The position numbers were made by a program, and so were the translations under genes. A stretch of 64,000 nt of DNA from Escherichia coli. GTDB lineage: Bacteria; Pseudomonadota; Gammaproteobacteria; Enterobacterales; Enterobacteriaceae. Below, in pieces: positions 8,934 to 15,477 of the stretch. Every line of letters begins with the position of its first letter. The first letter of the stretch is position 1. The notes beneath the pieces are model-generated. The model was not told the DNA's origin. It worked only from the letters and a program-made list of their open reading frames with translations, and made no database searches. The stretch lies in NCBI RefSeq assembly GCF_044324785.1, contig NZ_CP172127.1, one strand, 5' to 3'.

Positions 8934-8948
8934 TTACCTTTAAGGTAA
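8934..8948 (-). promoter_or_regulatory. inverted repeat O1 (TTACC-TTTAA-GGTAA) abutting a -10-like hexamer
   Basis: Minus strand reads TTGCAG-17nt-TACTAT, then TACTATTACCTTAAAGGTAA, followed directly by the SD of the 55-aa gene. Confidence 0.4.
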
Positions 8949-8996
8949 TAGTACGCTATTCACCCACAGTCTGCAATCTGTACAGAATTATTTAAA

Positions 8997-9012
8997 GGCA
9001 CATCCCTGTGCC
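8997..9012 (-). terminator. hairpin downstream of the antirepressor gene
   Basis: Minus strand reads GGCACA-GGGA-TGTGCC followed by TTTAAATAATT (weak U tract). Confidence 0.4.
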
Positions 9013-9020
9013 ACCGCCCG

Positions 9021-9713
9021 TCAGAAGAACCCTGCTTTGTCGTTGATGTACTCCGCGTGCGTCTGGATATCACGCAGGCATTTGCTCACACCGACGATGT
9101 AGCAGAACATGGTGGTCAGCTCCGCCGCCGCGCCCGATACGTCGTGCCCGTCTTCCTGTAACTGGTTCAGCAGATTCATCAGCAGTGAGTTCTCCGTCAG
9201 GCCGAGAACACCAGACGGCGAATGAATCAGGCTGCGGTAGCCGGGCTTCAGCGGGGCGCTGTAGGTTTTGTTCTCTATCTTCATCGCCTGCATTACTGCT
9301 GACGCCGTGGCGTTGGCTACCTGGTCGGCAACCATCTTTATGCGTTCTTCCTGCGGGAGCGAGTTTTTAATGTAACTTCCGGTGCGACGGATCTGAGGAA
9401 GAACCTCACCTGTAACCCATTCAAGAAATCTGAATGCTCTCGTTCCCTCTGTCATTGCCTCTTTGCAACGCAGAATAAGGATGTAGAGACCTGATTCTGA
9501 AACGATGGATAGTTCTTGTATTCCACCAGGGGTCTGTATTGAATACAGCCCCTTTTTGTTCCAGCCTTTTTTATCAAGTTTTCTCGCTTGTGTAACATCA
9601 ATATTCAAAGCATTGCACACATCTTTGGTGACAAACCAAGGTTCTCCGTCAATCATGAACATACGGATCTGGCAGGATGACTCAAAGGAAAAGATGGAAG
9701 GTTTGGTATTCAT
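9021..9713 (-). CDS. Bro-N domain antirepressor (Ant-like), 230 aa
   Basis: ATG at 9713 has AGGTGA upstream. The N-terminus FSFESSCQIRMFMIDGEPWFVTKDVCNALNI is the classic Bro-N signature. The C-terminal ~65 aa are paralogous to the product of 10024-10281. Confidence 0.8.
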   Translation of the reverse strand: MNTKPSIFSFESSCQIRMFMIDGEPWFVTKDVCNALNIDVTQARKLDKKGWNKKGLYSIQTPGGIQELSIVSESGLYILILRCKEAMTEGTRAFRFLEWVTGEVLPQIRRTGSYIKNSLPQEERIKMVADQVANATASAVMQAMKIENKTYSAPLKPGYRSLIHSPSGVLGLTENSLLMNLLNQLQEDGHDVSGAAAELTTMFCYIVGVSKCLRDIQTHAEYINDKAGFF

Positions 9714-9739
9714 GGCGATCACCTTTGTAGTTAGGTTAA

Positions 9740-9790
9740 TCACCACCGCTGAGACCAATCAGATGGTGGTGAACTGTGCAGAGTTGGTCT
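9740..9790 (-). promoter_or_regulatory. ant leader hairpin (hexaloop GACCAA/UUGGUC) plus adjacent complementary box; potential pseudoknot
   Basis: 8 bp stem 9740-9747/9765-9772 and 4 bp stem 9749-9752/9759-9762 close a hexaloop at 9753-9758. TTGGTCT at 9784-9790 is complementary to the loop plus one closing nucleotide. Confidence 0.4.
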
Positions 9791-9861
9791 TACCGGCTAC
9801 AAAGGAACCCGGCGCACCTTTCGGTGCCCCCACACAGCCCACCATAGAATAGGTGCGCTTT

Positions 9862-9893
9862 ACACATAAAAAAACCGCTTATGCGGCATATGT
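9862..9893 (-). terminator. terminator-like element inside the spacer
   Basis: Minus strand reads CACATATGCCGCATAAGCGGTTTTTTTATGTG. A short GCCGC/GCGGT stem with a U7 run is flanked by CACATA/TATGTG. Confidence 0.35.
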
Positions 9894-9900
9894 GCCTCTG

Positions 9901-9954
9901 TAGTAATCCGGGAGACCAATCCCGGCACTGGATTTTGCCAGTGCCTGATTACTA
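9901..9954 (-). ncRNA. candidate structured RNA: 54 nt three-way junction
   Basis: Closing stem TAGTAATC/GATTACTA (8 bp). Arm 1: 5 bp CGGGA/TCCCG with hexaloop GACCAA. Arm 2: 8 bp GGCACTGG/CCAGTGCC. All pairs are Watson-Crick. Strand assigned from context only. Confidence 0.35.
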
Positions 9955-9964
9955 TGGCACAAGA

Positions 9965-10005
9965 GGAGTGCTTATATTTACCGCAAAGGTAAATATAAGC
10001 ACTCC
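9965..10005. repeat. perfect 18 bp inverted repeat (5 nt spacer) whose centre is O3 (TTACC-GCAAA-GGTAA)
   Basis: GGAGTGCTTATATTTACC-GCAAA-GGTAAATATAAGCACTCC, lying 19 nt downstream of the stop of the 85-aa gene. Confidence 0.8.
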
Positions 10006-10020
10006 AGTTGGTAATTACAA
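9992..10020 (-). promoter_or_regulatory. candidate sigma70 promoter reading into the structured spacer and ant
   Basis: Minus strand reads TTGTAA-17nt-TATATT, with the -10 directly abutting O3 (TATATTTACCTTTGCGGTAA). Confidence 0.35.
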
Positions 10021-10023
10021 ACC

Positions 10024-10281
10024 TTATCTGGTTTGTTTTCGTAATTGTTCGGCACAATAGTCTAGATGTGTTTGCAGATCCTGCATAGACATCTGTGAGC
10101 TGGTGACGTAGTTAATCAGTGCAGTCAGTTCGGCAAGTGGGCCATCGACATTAAATCCATCCTTATCGAGATCCCGGAGTAATTTCATCAAGTGCGATCC
10201 CTCCACCAGTGACCTGACGCCTCCCGGCGTGTGAATCCTTTCGGTAAATCCGTCTTCCAGTGGATAGTGATACTGCTGCAT
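10024..10281 (-). CDS. small protein (85 aa) paralogous to the Ant C-terminal domain; candidate SOS-induced antirepressor
   Basis: ATG at 10281 has GGAG upstream (the track start at 10299 is TTG). About 45 percent identity by eye over about 62 aa with the Ant C-terminus (IHxPxGV..L.E.S.LM.LL..L..DG..V.G..AELT...Y......D.QTH..Y). Confidence 0.65.
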   Translation of the reverse strand: MQQYHYPLEDGFTERIHTPGGVRSLVEGSHLMKLLRDLDKDGFNVDGPLAELTALINYVTSSQMSMQDLQTHLDYCAEQLRKQTR

Positions 10282-10300
10282 CTTATCTTCTCCATGCAAT

Positions 10301-10320
10301 AACTGTATAAATATACAGTA
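10301..10320. promoter_or_regulatory. LexA (SOS) box
   Basis: AACTGTATAAATATACAGTA against consensus TACTGTATATATATACAGTA (18/20, CTG-N10-CAG intact). It lies 20 nt upstream of ATG 10281 and falls in the spacer of TTGATA-17-TATTGC on the minus strand. Confidence 0.8.
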
Positions 10321-10357
10321 TCAAATAATTTGTTTGCTATCCAGCACGTTTTGCAAA

Positions 10358-10372
10358 TCACCTGAAAGGTAA
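10358..10372 (-). promoter_or_regulatory. inverted repeat O2 (minus strand TTACC-TTTCA-GGTGA) abutting a -10-like hexamer
   Basis: Minus strand reads TAGATA-17nt-GATATT, with GATATTACCTTTCAGGTGA. On the plus strand the same site lies in the spacer of TTGCAA-16-TATCTT, which faces the tailspike gene. Confidence 0.35.
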
Positions 10373-10476
10373 TATCTTTTCGTATTTATGGATTATCTAT
10401 CCATATGTGGTTTTTCAGGTAATAGAATAACCAGATATGCGGCGCAACGGGTGCTGCGACTATCTGGAGATTTAAC

Positions 10477-13233
10477 ATGACGGTCTCAACCGAAGTTGAC
10501 CACAACGAATACACCGGTAACGGCGCTACGACATCATTTCCGTATACCTTCCGTATTTTCAAAAAATCCGACCTGGTTGTTCAGGTGTCTGACCTGAACG
10601 GGAACGTAACAGAATTGGTTCTGGATACCGGTTATACGGTAACTGGGGCGGGCACTTATAGTGGCGGTTCTGTTGTTCTTCCGTCGCCGCTTGCTGCTGG
10701 ATGGCGAATTACGATAGATCGTGTGCTTGATGTAGTGCAGGAGACAGACCTTCGCAATCAGGGAAAATTTTTCCCCGAAGTGCATGAAGATGCTTTTGAC
10801 TACCTGACGATGCTGATCCAGCAATGTTTTGGGTGGTTCAGACGTGCATTGATGAAACCATCTTTGCTTGCAAAATATTACGATGCAAAGCAAAACAGAA
10901 TTTCTAACCTTGCAGATCCATCACTTGAGCAGGATGCTGTAAATAATCGCTCAATGCGTAATTATGTTGATGCTGCAATCGCCGGAGTTGTTGGTGGTTT
11001 TGGTTGGTTTATTCAGTATGGTTCTGGAGCAGTATACCGAACGTTCCAGGATAAGATGCGGGATAACGTTAACGCTCTTGATTTTGTTCCGTTTGAGCAA
11101 AGATATGCTGCATTAAATTTTGAAGTTGATGCGTCTGAATGGTTAATTAATGCGATAAATTCTGGTGCAAGTGTCGTTAGAATACCTGCAGGTAAATGGA
11201 TGATTTCTAAGAACATAGATGTGCCTCCTGGAGTGTCATTAATTGGTGATGGCATTGATTATTGGGATACATATAGACCAGCGCCTGAAAGATTATTAAA
11301 AAGTTGGAGTAAAGGAACCCATCTTGTATTTACTGGTGATGGAGAAAAAAACAAATATTTTTTTAACATCTCTAATGAAAGACCAGTTAAAATTGTTGAA
11401 GGGATATCTTGTAAGTTCACTGAGTTTACAAATGAAGATTCTGTAGGTGTTACTCCTGCTACACCAAAAGCCATGAGCGTAGCTGTTAGTATCAACAGGG
11501 CATCACAGTTACGCAACCTGAGAATAATGGTAAGTAAAAATGGTATTGAAGGATACAATAACCCTGATTCTTATTCATTGGGTGATGACTGGGATATAGG
11601 GTTGCATGTATACGATAGCTGTGATTCAGTTATTGATAACGTACAGATTGTCGGCTATTGGAGGGTAAAAGGACTACTACTGACAGAAAATGACGGGAGC
11701 CTTTCAATGAAGGGAAATCCTGAAAAAACGCACTTTAATAACGTTTATGTCCAGTCAGGGATCGCGATAAGGAATAGCCCTCAGATTGATCTTGTAAGTA
11801 ATACTGAAAGCTCAGTGACATTTAAACATAAAAAGTCGATGAGAATAACTTCAGTTAAACAGTTTAAAATTGCTGGCAGTGAATTAGTATATACGTATTC
11901 AGATGCATCATTTGATGGAACTAACATCACACTATCTGGTATTTCTCCTGAAATACAAGGTACAATAAGTGTAATCAGGTTTCCGTCAATTGGTAATAAT
12001 TTTAGCGGGACTGTTTTTGAGAATACAGTAGCCACTACTCTTGATCATACATCAGGTAAGCCATCAGAATACTTTGGCCTTCCTGCATCCTTTGCATTAG
12101 AGGTTGATGGTTTCCCTGTTCGTAATTTAAGGTTTGATAAATTCAAAGCTCAAACAACATTTGATAAAGGAAATTGCATTTTTGGTGATTGCCGTGATGT
12201 TAAAATAACATCATCTGAGTTTGAAAATGGAATTATGATTGCGTATAACCTGACCGAGACTCAGGGTTATACAGGAAATCTTAGATTTTTTGCTTCTGAT
12301 CTTCAGAGCAGCGTTAACACAAGTGAGTTTAAACCAAGAGACGCATTTGTAGACAATAGACAAATAAAAACGGAGTTTACTGATGGTTCGTTCATTATAA
12401 AGAACTGGAGGCCTACAGATACAAAAATACAATGGTCGTCTGGAGCAGATGCTATTGTTCTTAGAGAGTCACCTGACGAACAATCAAACGGAAATATTTA
12501 CGGGCATCACATTGATGGTAAAAGATGGATTAATGTTAGTGGATATAACAAAGATATAAATATTTCATCAAGAAACTTAAGCGTAAAAAACCATGGTGAT
12601 GACTCTGCAGTTATTAATATATTCGGCGACTCTGGAAATATTGCCATTAAAGGTAATTTTTCACCAATTATTGATAACAGCAAATCTCTTGGTGCACCAT
12701 CATTTAGATGGGCACAGGTTTATTCTGCGAACGGTTCGATAAACACATCAGATGGTAGAGAAAAAAGTGAACCGATTAGTACAAGTGAGCTCAGCTTGTA
12801 TATGTCTCGTGGTTATGAAGGTGATGCAATTCTGGATGCATGGGGAGATATCAGGATTGTAGCTTTTCGCTGGCTTGATGCCGTCAGGGAAAAGGGAGAT
12901 GGTGCCCGCTGGCATTTTGGTGTTATAGCACAACAAGTGAGAGACGCTTTCCTCGCGCATGGGATTGATGGAACCAGATTTGGCCTTCTCTGTTACGATG
13001 AATGGGATGATAAATACGCGCCAGTGATGGCGGTAAGGATGATCACTAAAGTTGTGGATGGCGTCGAAATTGAGATGGAAGAAGAATACGAAACAGAAGA
13101 GCGAACTCTGGTTTGCAAGGCTGGAAATAGGTGGGGTATCCGTACTGACCAGTGTTTATGGCTTGAGTCAGCTTATTTGCGTAGAAGAATCGAAAAAATA
13201 GAATCACGTCTTGCAATGCTTGAAAGTAGCTAA
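10477..13233 (+). CDS. tailspike (918 aa): conserved N-terminal adaptor, AT-rich beta-helix-like receptor-binding core, C-terminal S74 intramolecular chaperone
   Basis: GGAG lies 8 nt upstream. N-terminus as in epsilon15-type tailspikes (recollection). Repetitive N/G/S/V-rich core. The C-terminus has the SDGREK cleavage-type motif and a WHFGVIAQQV...FGLLCYDEWD block typical of peptidase S74 chaperone domains. Confidence 0.85.
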   Translation: MTVSTEVDHNEYTGNGATTSFPYTFRIFKKSDLVVQVSDLNGNVTELVLDTGYTVTGAGTYSGGSVVLPSPLAAGWRITIDRVLDVVQETDLRNQGKFFPEVHEDAFDYLTMLIQQCFGWFRRALMKPSLLAKYYDAKQNRISNLADPSLEQDAVNNRSMRNYVDAAIAGVVGGFGWFIQYGSGAVYRTFQDKMRDNVNALDFVPFEQRYAALNFEVDASEWLINAINSGASVVRIPAGKWMISKNIDVPPGVSLIGDGIDYWDTYRPAPERLLKSWSKGTHLVFTGDGEKNKYFFNISNERPVKIVEGISCKFTEFTNEDSVGVTPATPKAMSVAVSINRASQLRNLRIMVSKNGIEGYNNPDSYSLGDDWDIGLHVYDSCDSVIDNVQIVGYWRVKGLLLTENDGSLSMKGNPEKTHFNNVYVQSGIAIRNSPQIDLVSNTESSVTFKHKKSMRITSVKQFKIAGSELVYTYSDASFDGTNITLSGISPEIQGTISVIRFPSIGNNFSGTVFENTVATTLDHTSGKPSEYFGLPASFALEVDGFPVRNLRFDKFKAQTTFDKGNCIFGDCRDVKITSSEFENGIMIAYNLTETQGYTGNLRFFASDLQSSVNTSEFKPRDAFVDNRQIKTEFTDGSFIIKNWRPTDTKIQWSSGADAIVLRESPDEQSNGNIYGHHIDGKRWINVSGYNKDINISSRNLSVKNHGDDSAVINIFGDSGNIAIKGNFSPIIDNSKSLGAPSFRWAQVYSANGSINTSDGREKSEPISTSELSLYMSRGYEGDAILDAWGDIRIVAFRWLDAVREKGDGARWHFGVIAQQVRDAFLAHGIDGTRFGLLCYDEWDDKYAPVMAVRMITKVVDGVEIEMEEEYETEERTLVCKAGNRWGIRTDQCLWLESAYLRRRIEKIESRLAMLESS

Positions 13234-13254
13234 ATATTGAGGATTAATCTTAGT

Positions 13255-13299
13255 AGCCGACTTGCTTATTACGAAGTAAGTTCGGCTTCTTTCTTCTTT
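13255..13299 (+). terminator. rho-independent terminator after the tailspike
   Basis: AGCCGACTTGCTT...AAGTAAGTTCGGCT stem (one bulge, one GU pair) followed by TCTTTCTTCTTT. Confidence 0.7.
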
Positions 13300-13462
13300 A
13301 ATTGTGACTGAGAGGTACACTAGACCATTTTCTGAACGAAATTTTCATTGCCGTAGAAGGTAGAAATACAGCGTTTTGAGGTAACTATTATCCTTAAATG
13401 GTTTATTATGTGTGAATCTTCAATAGTAAGGAGATTGTTATGCGTAATAAACGGTGTTCATT

Positions 13463-13867
13463 ATGTCAGCCCATCTAACTACTGATTCTTTAAATCAATG
13501 GCTTAGTGTGAGCTCTCTTGCTGCAGTTATCGTAGGCGTTCCGCCAGAGGTGGCGCTCGGTGCTCTTGCTGGTGCGGTAATTTTTGTTACCTCTGCGGTA
13601 GAGTACCCAATTCATCGTCGCGTACTCTTATCGATGCTTAGCTTTCTCTGTGGACTTCTTTTCTACAAACCAGCAGCATCAATTCTTATCGGCATAGCCA
13701 GCCTGATCCCTACCATCACGCAGGACTCTTTTGAAAAAGGGATTGTTTTCTCTGCTGGCGCATTCGTGTCAGCAATTGTCGCTGTGCGTATTGGTATATG
13801 GCTCTACCACCGTTCAGACAATCCACGCGATTTAATTCCGGGGAGAAAAGACGATGGTAACGCATGA
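13463..13867 (+). CDS. holin-like membrane protein (134 aa, about 4 TM)
   Basis: First gene of the lysis cassette and strongly hydrophobic. The start is uncertain (GTG 13454 or ATG 13463; neither has a good SD). Confidence 0.5.
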   Translation: MSAHLTTDSLNQWLSVSSLAAVIVGVPPEVALGALAGAVIFVTSAVEYPIHRRVLLSMLSFLCGLLFYKPAASILIGIASLIPTITQDSFEKGIVFSAGAFVSAIVAVRIGIWLYHRSDNPRDLIPGRKDDGNA

Positions 13868-14162
13868 GTTTTTTTTGCTTATCACCAATGCAGTTATTTG
13901 TACTGGCATAGCAATTCGCGTTGTCACATTCCGGCGTAACGGCTCTCAACATCGAAGATGGGGAGGGTGGCTTGCTTATTTCCTTATTGTTGCTGCGGCC
14001 AGTATTCCTGTTCGTGTCGTCTATGCAATCTGGTTACGCACGCCAATGGCTGTGGATTTATCTGAGGTCATTATCAACGCTGTCATGCTTGCCGCGGTTA
14101 TTAAAACACGCGGTAACGTTGTTCAGATTTTCAAAATATCGAGGTCTAAACATGGAGATTAA
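13854..14162 (+). CDS. holin (102 aa, 3 TM, basic C-terminus)
   Basis: Overlaps the upstream gene end and the endolysin start. Three TM helices and a charged tail (KISRSKHGD). Confidence 0.6.
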   Translation: MVTHEFFLLITNAVICTGIAIRVVTFRRNGSQHRRWGGWLAYFLIVAAASIPVRVVYAIWLRTPMAVDLSEVIINAVMLAAVIKTRGNVVQIFKISRSKHGD

Positions 14163-14781
14163 ACAATTCCAGCGAGCTGCTGGTATTAGCGAGGCGCTGG
14201 CCGCACGCTGGTTCTCGCATATAACTTCTGCGATGAAAGAGTTTGGTATCAGCAAAGCAGAAGATCAGGCAATGTTTATTGCTCAAGTCGGGCATGAGTC
14301 TGGGGGCTTCACCAGGTTGCAGGAGAATTTCAACTACAGTGTCAGCGGACTGGCTAACTTCGTTCGGGCTGGGCGTCTCACTCAGGGGCAGGCTAATGCA
14401 CTGGGTCGCCATGCTGGTGAACCACCATTGCCACTCGAGCGCCAGCGAGCGATTGCCAATCTGGTGTACAGCAAACGCATGGGGAACAATGCCCCCGGCG
14501 ATGGCTGGAATTACCGTGGCCGCGGACTTATCCAGATTACCGGTTTGAATAACTATCGTGATTGCGGAAACGGCCTGAAAGTGGACCTGCTGGAGAATCC
14601 TGAACTGTTGGCGCAGGACGAATACGCGGCTCGTAGCGCGGCGTGGTTCTTCTCCAGCAAAGGTTGCATGAAGTATACCGGCGATATTGCACGTGTAACT
14701 CTGATTATCAATGGTGGCAGGAATGGCATCGACGACCGGCGCGCGCGGTACGTCACTGCCAGTAAGGTGCTGGCGGTATGA
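14152..14781 (+). CDS. endolysin, glycoside hydrolase family 19 (chitinase-like), 209 aa
   Basis: Start at ATG 14152 ([11 protein letters not shown]), not the track start at 13921. Has the [12 protein letters not shown] catalytic-region motif and [12 protein letters not shown], both typical of GH19 phage lysins. Confidence 0.85.
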   Translation: MEIKQFQRAAGISEALAARWFSHITSAMKEFGISKAEDQAMFIAQVGHESGGFTRLQENFNYSVSGLANFVRAGRLTQGQANALGRHAGEPPLPLERQRAIANLVYSKRMGNNAPGDGWNYRGRGLIQITGLNNYRDCGNGLKVDLLENPELLAQDEYAARSAAWFFSSKGCMKYTGDIARVTLIINGGRNGIDDRRARYVTASKVLAV

Positions 14782-15260
14782 TCTGGGCATTCGTAAAAGC
14801 ATACTGGAAACAGTTGATTATCGTGGCAGTGCTTGCTGTTCTGGTCATATCAGGAGTTGTTGCCTGGAATGTACACGGTATCCGTCAGTACGACGCCGGG
14901 TATGCGCAGGCGAAAGAAGACTGCAAAGCCGAAGAAGAAAAAGTTCGTCAGTACTACGAACAGGAGAAAGTGACCAATGAACGTGAAGCTCAGCAGAGGA
15001 TCGACCAGGCGCGCAATGATGCTCTTGATGCTGCCGCTAGCGCTGGCCGGTTGCAGCAACAACTCTTTGCCATCCGTGAGCAGCTCAGGCAGTATAACGC
15101 CATTGTCGGCGCTGGGTCGTCAGCCGCAGACACCGGAGTTTTGCTTGCCGACGTGCTCAGCAAATCTCTCGAGAGAAACAGACAACTGGCAGAGTATGCT
15201 GACCGGGCAGCCGAAGCCGGAAGAGTCTGCGAAAAACAGTACGACACTTTGACCAGATAG
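14778..15260 (+). CDS. i-spanin (Rz-like), 160 aa
   Basis: ATGA overlap with the endolysin. N-terminal TM helix followed by a charged coiled-coil periplasmic domain. Confidence 0.8.
   Translation: MIWAFVKAYWKQLIIVAVLAVLVISGVVAWNVHGIRQYDAGYAQAKEDCKAEEEKVRQYYEQEKVTNEREAQQRIDQARNDALDAAASAGRLQQQLFAIREQLRQYNAIVGAGSSAADTGVLLADVLSKSLERNRQLAEYADRAAEAGRVCEKQYDTLTR
14977..15252 (+). CDS. o-spanin (Rz1-like) lipoprotein, fully embedded in the +1 frame of Rz
   Basis: Signal peptide with the lipobox LALAGC. Pro/Ser-rich mature part. Lies entirely inside 14778-15260. Confidence 0.75.
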   Translation: MNVKLSRGSTRRAMMLLMLPLALAGCSNNSLPSVSSSGSITPLSALGRQPQTPEFCLPTCSANLSRETDNWQSMLTGQPKPEESAKNSTTL

Positions 15261-15370
15261 CATGGCATTTTTCATGGTACTGATTTCCGGTGACGGTATA
15301 TAAAACGGTACGGGAAAAATTGAGATTTGGAAAAATGTTATCACTCAATTGGTTATGGTTATCGTAAATA

Positions 15371-15385
15371 ATTGAGTGGGAATGA
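15371..15385 (+). other. guaA: native guaA 3' end (IEWE-stop) retained at the prophage right junction (attR core region)
   Basis: ATT GAG TGG GAA TGA matches my recollection of the GuaA C-terminus ...ATIEWE. An in-frame TAA lies immediately upstream, so homology starts here. Confidence 0.55.
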
Positions 15386-15408
15386 TTTGACCCTGCACTA
15401 TGAATGAA

Positions 15409-15439
15409 CAAAACCCTCTGTTACTACAGAGGGTTTTTT
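15409..15439. terminator. bidirectional terminator (guaA / yfgI)
   Basis: AAAAC-CCTCTG-TTACTA-CAGAGGG-TTTTTT. Confidence 0.8.
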
Positions 15440-15477
15440 ATCTTCAAGAATTATAGGCTTGAAGTTACTTACATCGA

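Larger units (their letters stand above)
1..15370. mobile_element. Right arm of an integrated podovirus prophage (epsilon15/phiV10-like by recollection); left part lies outside the window
   Basis: Contiguous phage modules: ejection proteins, tailspike, holins, GH19 endolysin, spanins. The tailspike N-terminus MTVSTEVDHNEYTGNG..FPYTFRIFKKSDLVVQV matches my memory of epsilon15-type tailspikes. The arm ends where the host guaA 3' end and terminator resume at 15371. Confidence 0.8.

Noticed and set aside
8969-8985. CTG...CAG palindromic sequence (CTGCAATCTGTACAG) upstream of the 55-aa gene as a second LexA box
   Set aside because: The spacing is CTG-N9-CAG rather than N10, and the interior is not TA-rich like the consensus.
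9901-9954. Possible tRNA, because of the cloverleaf-like fold
   Set aside because: It has only two arms inside the closing stem. There is no T-loop GTTCRANNC, no D-arm and no 7-nt anticodon loop, and it is too short. I treat it as a candidate regulatory RNA instead.
9860-10057. 65-aa minus-strand ORF spanning the spacer between the 85-aa gene and ant
   Set aside because: It runs through the 18 bp palindrome, three-way junction and terminator-like element and overlaps the 85-aa gene end. It has no SD. The region is better explained as structured RNA or operator DNA.
14146-14802. 218-aa minus-strand ORF
   Set aside because: It is entirely antisense to the well-supported GH19 endolysin and has no SD. 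It is a typical shadow ORF.
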